Under the pieces are notes generated by a model. It was not told the origin of the DNA. It did no database searches and saw nothing but the letters and a program-made list of their open reading frames with translations. A program made the translations under genes and the position numbers. A stretch of 63,715 bases of DNA, filler included, from Licmophora abbreviata (taxonomy: Eukaryota), in assembly GCA_900291995.1 (NCBI GenBank). It is 10 parts of 10 records of this genome, joined end to end, with 100 filler letters (N's around TTAATTAATTAA, not from the genome) between each part and the next. Parts side by side here need not be neighbours in the genome. Positions count along the whole stretch, not along the records: positions 56,964 to 58,876 come from OLMU01002926.1; positions 58,977 to 63,715 come from OLMU01002927.1; 8 more parts are not named here. One strand, written 5' to 3'. The stretch's first letter is position 1. Each line of letters starts with the position of its first letter. Below are positions 56,964-63,715 of this stretch, in pieces.

Positions 56964-57602
56964 AGCGACGACGACCCCGTCGTTTACACAAAACACCTCC
57001 AGCACGGAAAGGGTCCCCCCTCCTTCATTCAAGTATACAAGGGCCACAACCATGACTTTGCAAAGTGGCGGTGTCATGGAAAGGTCATGGGCAAGCATCG
57101 CAGTGCCTTTGCGCACTCGGCGTACTGCAGTGTGTACTATATCACCAAGCGCTACGCACCTTGGATCGAGACGCTCGTGCCAGTGACCTACAATACGATC
57201 AAGGCAATGGATCTGAAGAATCCCTTCAATGCGACGATAGTTTCGCTGCTTTTTGTCGTGTTCGCTTTGGCCGTGTACTTTCCGCGGTCGAGCCTCATGC
57301 TGCGACTTCGTGGCATCTGGGTGGCACACATGGCTCGGTGGCGGCAGTCATTCTTGGTTCGCAGACTGAACGATATGTTTCGAACCGATGCGATGGGTAA
57401 GTTGATACTGCTCGCAGTACGTCTGGCTATTGTCATCGGTGTTGGCTTTTGCGTTACGTGCTCCTATTTCTATACCGTGACGATGGGAGTCGCGTGCCTA
57501 TGGCCGAGCATTCCGTTTTTGGCACCCCCAATCTTCGTGATTTTGATGGCGAGGCACTTGTATTTGGGACTTATCAGAAAGAGCCAGCGCCAGAGGGTAT
57601 AA
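56964..57602 (+). CDS. Uncharacterised membrane protein, 5' end probably lost in gap
   Basis: ORF with three hydrophobic segments ending at TAA 57602. Confidence 0.5.
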   Translation, partial: SDDDPVVYTKHLQHGKGPPSFIQVYKGHNHDFAKWRCHGKVMGKHRSAFAHSAYCSVYYITKRYAPWIETLVPVTYNTIKAMDLKNPFNATIVSLLFVVFALAVYFPRSSLMLRLRGIWVAHMARWRQSFLVRRLNDMFRTDAMGKLILLAVRLAIVIGVGFCVTCSYFYTVTMGVACLWPSIPFLAPPIFVILMARHLYLGLIRKSQRQRV

Positions 57603-57972
57603 TAGATAGTATACGCTTTGTAAGTATTGTGCCCGCCAGTGATTGTTGAGTCAATAGAGGTCACCCCGAGTGAGAGGACGAAGCTTTGATCTTACGGGAC
57701 TGAAAGTGTGAATGGGTTCCATTCACGAATACTACGTCTCATCGCGCGGCGCAGATCGCAACCACATAGAACATCCGGCGACATCATCGTCACTGATGGC
57801 ACAGCAAAGTCTTCATTCGATCGCATTTCCTTCGTGTCGCACCGTGATCTCTCCATTATGCTCTGCCATGTGTTCTTGTTATAACTAGGAAATTCTCCAA
57901 TCTCGGGGAAAGCGCAGGAATCCGGAACCAAATCTGTAGGGTACTCTTTCGGATTGGAAAACTGAAAAGAGG

Positions 57973-59421
57973 ATGATGGCTCATCGTAGTCTTGCGCTGT
58001 GGCTTGGCCTCCTTGTCACGATGTCGATGCTCTCGTTTTACATGGTTCACCAGTCCCCGAATATATTACCCGACAGCGTTCTCCATGCGCGTGTCGAAGA
58101 TTTCATGAAAGTTGGTGTCCCAGACGCCACCTCAAAGAGACAAAACAACTCGACATCTACACCGCGAACAATTGCCTATGCGATCACCCTTACAGACTGT
58201 TCGACCTCTATGGCAACGTACATGGACGGAGCTGCTGTATTGGCTTACTCAATTCATTACAACTCTATTCGAAGTGTCTCCAGCGCATCGCGATACGACT
58301 ACAAACTGTATGCCTTTGTCCACCCATCCGCGGCAAACTGCACTGAGAAGCTATCCAACGTGGGATATAACGTTAGGATCCTGCCGACACCGATCGAGGT
58401 GGGAGAAATTCGGGGTCCACTCAAAGATTATGTACATGGGGCCAGTTGCTGTGGTGCCAAGGAGTTTCTCAAGCTCTATGTATACACTCTCTTGGATCAT
58501 CCGGTCGCTGTACACTTGGATACGGATATGCTGCTGTTGCAACCCTTGGATGACTTGTTTGACTCCATGTTAGAGAAAGGGCCAGCAAGGGTAGCGGCGC
58601 GCCGTCGACTCCCCACGATGTGGTACAATCGCTCGGAGGATCTTCCATCCAAGATCGATTCGTTTTTCACTCGCGACTACAACATGATGGTTCCGGGGAG
58701 GCGGAGCATCAAATCGTCAGCTGTGCAGGGCGGGTTTCTCGTTATTCGGCCGAATGAAACCACGTTTGAGGCGTATCGAGAGACCATATTGGAAGGGGAT
58801 TACAAACCAGGACAAGGGTGGGGAGCTTCCAAAAAGGTTAACATTGGTGGCTTTTATGGAGCACCTCAGATTCAAGNNNNNNNNNNNNNNNNNNNNNNNN
58901 NNNNNNNNNNNNNNNNNNNNTTAATTAATTAANNNNNNNNNNNNNNNNNNNNNNNNNNNNNNNNNNNNNNNNNNNNCGAGTTGAATCGGTGCCGAATCAA
59001 CAGTATGGTGGACTCCCCTTACAGTAACGTGAAGGGTCAGGAAGGCATGTGTCGAACGCAACAAAAAGAGTGCGAAGACTGCCGGCGAACCAACGCCAGC
59101 GACGTCATGCTGGTCCATTTTACGTTGTGCTCGAAGCCATGGTCATGTCTTGGTCCCGACTCGCTGATTGGACGAACTGATCAGCCCAAGACGCTTTGTC
59201 TCTATCTACACAGCGAATGGTTTAGATACCGCGCTGAAATGGAGTCAGAATGGATTCGTGAGGACAATAATGCTTCGTCGCTCTTCATCACCTCAGCATT
59301 GAGCTCGTCTAGCAGCGATCAAATATCGCTGTTGTTGGAGAGACGAAAGCCATTCTGTAAAGGCAACGACCGGTACATTCCTATTCAGTACCCAGACTAT
59401 GCGATAATTTCACATAAGTAA
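57973..59421 (+). CDS. Glycosyltransferase family 8-like (glycogenin-like) type II membrane protein, spans gap
   Basis: N-terminal TM; DGAAVLAYSI, EFLKL, HLDTDMLLL (DxD), QGGFLV.RP, VHFT.CSKPW. Confidence 0.85.
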
Positions 59422-59465
59422 CATATGAGGCATAAACCCTTCCGGTCAGGTAGAGAGTGTGACGA

Positions 59466-61472
59466 TTATGACATCCACACTTCGTCCTCCGAGTACGAAA
59501 ACTCGGAATTGTCTTCGTCATCGTCGGTCAGCATGTCCCAATCACCCGACTCGTTGAAGCCCATGAGCTCCTCTACGTCCACATCCAGGAAGCCACCTTC
59601 CCTGAATGGCCTCCACGGCATATCTTCTTCCTCCTCCTTACCCGTTCCTCCTCTCTCATACATGGCATCCTTCTCCAATAGTTCTGGAGGAATGTAAACA
59701 TTGGTTCGTCCAGGCGAGAACTCAAAGTCGAACTGATCAACCATGACCAAGTCGCCATCCTCTGCTCCTCGTCGTTGGAGTTCCGCGGATATACCCATGG
59801 CTTCGAGCTGCCTTCCAAACCGTTCCACAGCTTCAGGGTACTCCCAGTGGGTCATCTTTGCAATCTGCTCGATGTACTCTCCTGATACTCGCCACTGACC
59901 TGGATAGGCTGGGTCGCTTATGATTTCTAAGAATGAGAAAATTAATACGGTAGGTAAGTATAGGTGAACAGGGTGCAGTGGGAGTGCCGACAGCACCACA
60001 CACTCATCAAATCGTACCATAATCATCACTGTCGTAGTCAAGAGCGTTGATGGAAAAATCAATTTCAGGTGGTGGCGGAAGATCTGCATCGGGCTGTGCC
60101 GATACAAACTTCTTCAGTCTCCCCATGAGCTCCTTTACACGCTCTGTTGTGGCAGCCGAAATGGACAGGACCCGTGTGTGTCCAGCGGCCTGCCGAAGCT
60201 CCTCCAAAAGCTCATCCTGTTGATCCTTGACTTCCGGCACGTCGATTTTATTCAGCACCACAACTTGCGGCTTCTTTGCCAGGAACTCATCGTACAACTG
60301 CAGTTCCCTATTGATCGTATGAAAGTCTCCAATTGGATCTTCCGATGTGCCGTCCACGACGTGCAGGAGTACTTTGCAACGCTGTACGTGGCGTAAAAAG
60401 GCTGGACCCAATCCAGCACCCCCTGAAGCACCCTCAATCAGTCCTGGAATATCACACAAGACCAATCCAGCTCCCTCGTCACCGATATCGCATACTCCGA
60501 GGTTGGGAACTATTGTTGTGAATGGATAGTTTGCAATCTTGGGACGAGCAGCTGAAGCAGCAGCCAGCAAGGTCGACTTTCCCGCATTTGGTTTTCCGAG
60601 AAATCTTGGGATAAGGCAGAGGAGAAGGATTCAAGATCAGAATGTTAGTATTGAAGTGTACATCACCCTCACGTCATTTGCTTTTCTAACGAGCTGAAGT
60701 CATTCACATACCCCACGTCTGCGACGAGTCGCAGTTCCACCGACAGCCATCGCTTGGCTCCCGGCTCTCCATGTTCTGCCAGTTTAGGTGCCGTATACCG
60801 TTGTGTCATGAATGCCGCATTACCACGTCCGCCCCGTCCTCCTCTTGCAACCAAAAGGCGTTCTCCGTGTGTCCGCAGCTCGCCCGCGAGCTTTTGCGTC
60901 TTTAGATCTCTAACCACAGTTCCAGGCGGTACCGCCACAAGTATAGTGTTCCCTAGTTTGCCATCCTTATTCTTGCCCAGTCCATTCCTTCCCTTGTGTG
61001 CTCTTACATGCACCCGATTTCGCAACGGCGCAAGCGTATTCAATCCTTCATCGCACACCAAATACACACTACCCCCCGAGCCACCTCTTCCCCCTGAAGG
61101 ACCACCGAGGGGCTCTCCCTTTTCTCTCCGAAATGCCACACACCCATTGCCTCCATCGCCCCCACTCGCATGGAGACGCGCCGTGTCGAAAAACTTCCAT
61201 TCCGGATCGTCGCGTTCGGACGCGCCGTGCGTCTTGAGGGAGCGCTGGCGGCGCGTTCGGTTCGCCTCGGCCTTACATTGCTCCGCCTCTGCCTTGTCGG
61301 CGTCAAAAATGTCACTGGCGAGAGACAGGCGAGCCGACAGTCGCATACTAGTACGTAAGAATGGATGAAAGGATCGTTGGGAAAAGGCTTGTACCATCAC
61401 GAACGTTTCAGAGGACGGTATGATGCAGCAGCATGACAAAATCATCATGATGATGGGCGACAAGCAAAACAT
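59466..61472 (-). CDS. obgE: Obg/CgtA GTPase, probably plastid-targeted, two introns
   Basis: GGDGGNGCVAFRREK, GG.GGRGNA, ADVG|..GKPNAGKST, KIANYPFTT, DIPGLIEGA, NKID, C-terminal OCT (GAEDGD.V); signal peptide ending VQA-F. Confidence 0.93.
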
Positions 61473-61834
61473 TGGTATTAGAGTGAAAGTGGCTCTTTTT
61501 CGTCGTTCTCGAAGCATTTTGAGTCTCTCGTGTGAACTCATGTGCTTCGCGAAGAGGCCCTCAAGTCAAGAGGGGAGTCAAAGGTCTGCTTCGTCGACAA
61601 AAGATCGACTTTGACTTTCCATATTGTTCTGTTCATGTGATGGGTGATGGGAGCGCCATCATCATCACCGGCGAAGCTATTTTTGAGTGGCCATTGGCGA
61701 TCGGGAAAACCTCATGACCTATTATATCCTGTCGGATGAGTCGAGTCAAACGTTCAGAGTTCGCATACCACGTCAGCATCAGTGGCCCTCCTCATCTGTT
61801 TTCAAATTCCGAACTTTCTCTGACTCCGCTGACC

Positions 61835-62429
61835 ATGATGATGATGATGCGGCCGTCGCTTGTCTCTCGCATGGCTTACCGGTCGCCTCTAGTGACTGGA
61901 GGCAAACGCTCACTGATGCCTCATTCGCTAGCAATTGAAATTCGCCATTTTTCGTCCGCAGAACCCGAAAAGGTCGAGTACGTTCATCCGCTCTCCCAGA
62001 TTGTCTTGGAACATTTACAAAGTGAACAGAGTGACTGGGTGCAGAAGAATGGACTCGATTCAGGTCTGGAGGTACAGAGGGATGGGACTTTTGTCTTGAA
62101 GTTCCCATCTTATGATGCAGATAAGGCAAGAATTTGGTGAGTGAACTGGAGACTACGTATTTTACGTACGCTGTGGATCACAACGCTCATATGTTCTTCT
62201 TCAATGATGCAGGACTTCCTACGACTCCGATTCGAAGAAACATTGGTTGACTGTACACAAGGGCGAACTGGTGGGTAGATTCATGTTGCAAGATAATTTG
62301 AAACCAGCCTGGCATGACAATACAACGAGTACGCCAGAGAAGATTTGCATTGCCGTCGATAGTATGATAGGCAAGATCAACGCATACAATACAAAAGAGG
62401 AGTCGAAGAAGAAGAAGGATACACCGTGA
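61835..62429 (+). CDS. Uncharacterised probable mitochondrial protein, intron 62137-62212
   Basis: Presequence ending RHFSS; YVHPLSQIVLEHLQ...RIW|TSYD...GRFMLQDN. Confidence 0.7.
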
Positions 62430-62484
62430 CGCAGAAGTATAACGAAATTCCGTTTATGATGTAGCTCTTCCTTTGTTAGGTTCG

Positions 62485-63414
62485 TTACTCCGTTGGAGCA
62501 TACGGCTTGACGTGACATCCCAATAAGCCCCGCCCATCCCAAGGTCGCGGTCGAAGGGTCACCTTGACGTCGCTCCGTTCATCGTTGTTTGCTTTCGTTC
62601 GCAAGACCACAATATCAATACTAGATCCATTTCCAGCCGCCTGGGGCACCAGCTCGCCAATAGCTAGTAGATTGCGATGGTTTTTATGGTTGACACTGCC
62701 AAACTGTACAATCCAATCGCCCTCCTGCAAATTGGCTTCAGCGGCGGGAGAATTCGGTGCCACGGCATCAATGACGGCGAAAGGGAGCAGATCTGATGAT
62801 GAAGATGTAGCAGTAGATGTCGCATTCGCCATGATGATATCTCCTTGAAAATCCTCCTGCTCCAATCTCGCAAACGACCGCTGATCGCCGTTCGGAGCAC
62901 CGGCCACAGTCCCGTCCCAGTTCATGACGACCCACTTTTGAGACACGGGGTCAAATTTAGGCTTCGGTTTCGCCTTCATTCGTTGCTCCATTTCTTCCTT
63001 TTCTTCTTCTTTTACGTTGGAGTTCTGAGTGCACGATAGGAAAGAGAAGAATGAGTGAGAGGTGTCGCTCTGCTGCATCACTCTACCGGCTTTCGCCGTC
63101 GACACGCACGAACGCACCTCCATGGCTGACAGCTGCTGCAATGCAGCATCCAACTGGACCATGAGATCCTTATGGTCGGTACGAATGACACTCAGGCGTT
63201 GTCGAAGGCTGCGCGCTCGGTAAACATCAATATCGGCTCGAGGATATCCATCGCTATCCGTCAGTGGCGTGTCGATTCCCATGGGTTCGCCAGACTCGGG
63301 TTTGGCAGTAAGCTCCGATACAATTCCTTCGGCTTCCAGTTCGAGCGATTTTCGCTTCATGTCCAAAGCAGCGAGGGATTGACGCTGAATGGCAACGGCG
63401 TCAGAGGAGGACAT
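62485..63414 (-). CDS. PSMD9: 26S proteasome assembly chaperone Nas2/p27, in-frame intron 63025-63117
   Basis: PLTDSDGYPRADIDVY..R..R...RTDHK; PDZ PFAVIDAVAPNSPA..A.L..GD; W.GRGLLGC. Confidence 0.93.
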   Translation of the reverse strand: MSSSDAVAIQRQSLAALDMKRKSLELEAEGIVSELTAKPESGEPMGIDTPLTDSDGYPRADIDVYRARSLRQRLSVIRTDHKDLMVQLDAALQQLSAMEVRSCVSTAKAGRVMQQSDTSHSFFSFLSCTQNSNVKEEEKEEMEQRMKAKPKPKFDPVSQKWVVMNWDGTVAGAPNGDQRSFARLEQEDFQGDIIMANATSTATSSSSDLLPFAVIDAVAPNSPAAEANLQEGDWIVQFGSVNHKNHRNLLAIGELVPQAAGNGSSIDIVVLRTKANNDERSDVKVTLRPRPWDGRGLLGCHVKPYAPTE

Positions 63415-63715
63415 TCTGAGTGTCTCGTGGTGATGCGACGTGTGTATCTTTCTTTGATGATAGGATTTCCGCGCGATCTGTCGAGGAGAAGAGTATGATT
63501 GAGTCTGATTTTTTATTAACCTCTGTACTTTGGGACACTTCTACGCCTCCACTGCGCTCTTGTAAAGCTCAATGGATGACAAGCGCCCTTCAAGATTGAA
63601 CGCCGCGGTACATCAATGACAAGCGTGGCGCCTGCAGGTTAGTCTAGCTTCACCAAGTAGGGTGAGCGGTAAAATGCGAACTTCTTTTTGAAAGCTTTTT
63701 CCCGCCAACTTTTTG

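Noticed and set aside
57692..57931. 79-aa minus-strand ORF
   Set aside because: Short, no motif, and lies in the upstream region of the GT8 gene.
63575..63625. ATGACAAGCG direct repeat
   Set aside because: Only two 10-bp copies, with no array or element structure.

Overview
Gene-dense (~1 gene per 1.8 kb) eukaryotic nuclear DNA with short (70-120 nt) GT-AG introns. Gene content and N-terminal targeting peptides suggest a diatom or other ochrophyte (inference): bipartite plastid presequences on RlmN, Obg and a CYP37/38-like PPIase, plus argininosuccinate synthase and a W-x-x-L...LGY...WD repeat protein. Nine artificial 100-bp spacers (44 N + TTAATTAATTAA + 44 N) mark assembly gaps. Three genes read straight across a spacer, so at least those joins look like real scaffold adjacencies. 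About 35 protein-coding genes are supported, mostly housekeeping. All family calls come from motif recognition, not database searches. No tRNA, rRNA, CRISPR or clear transposon was seen. Best leads: a tight run of RNA modification/ribosome biogenesis genes at 2.1-8.7 kb containing a candidate structured RNA; a TMEM65-ACT fusion; an intronless Mx-like dynamin with an inserted beta-rich module; a pseudo-epimerase/DUF616 fusion; a C-CAP-like/TPR fusion; and a bacterial-type bestrophin.
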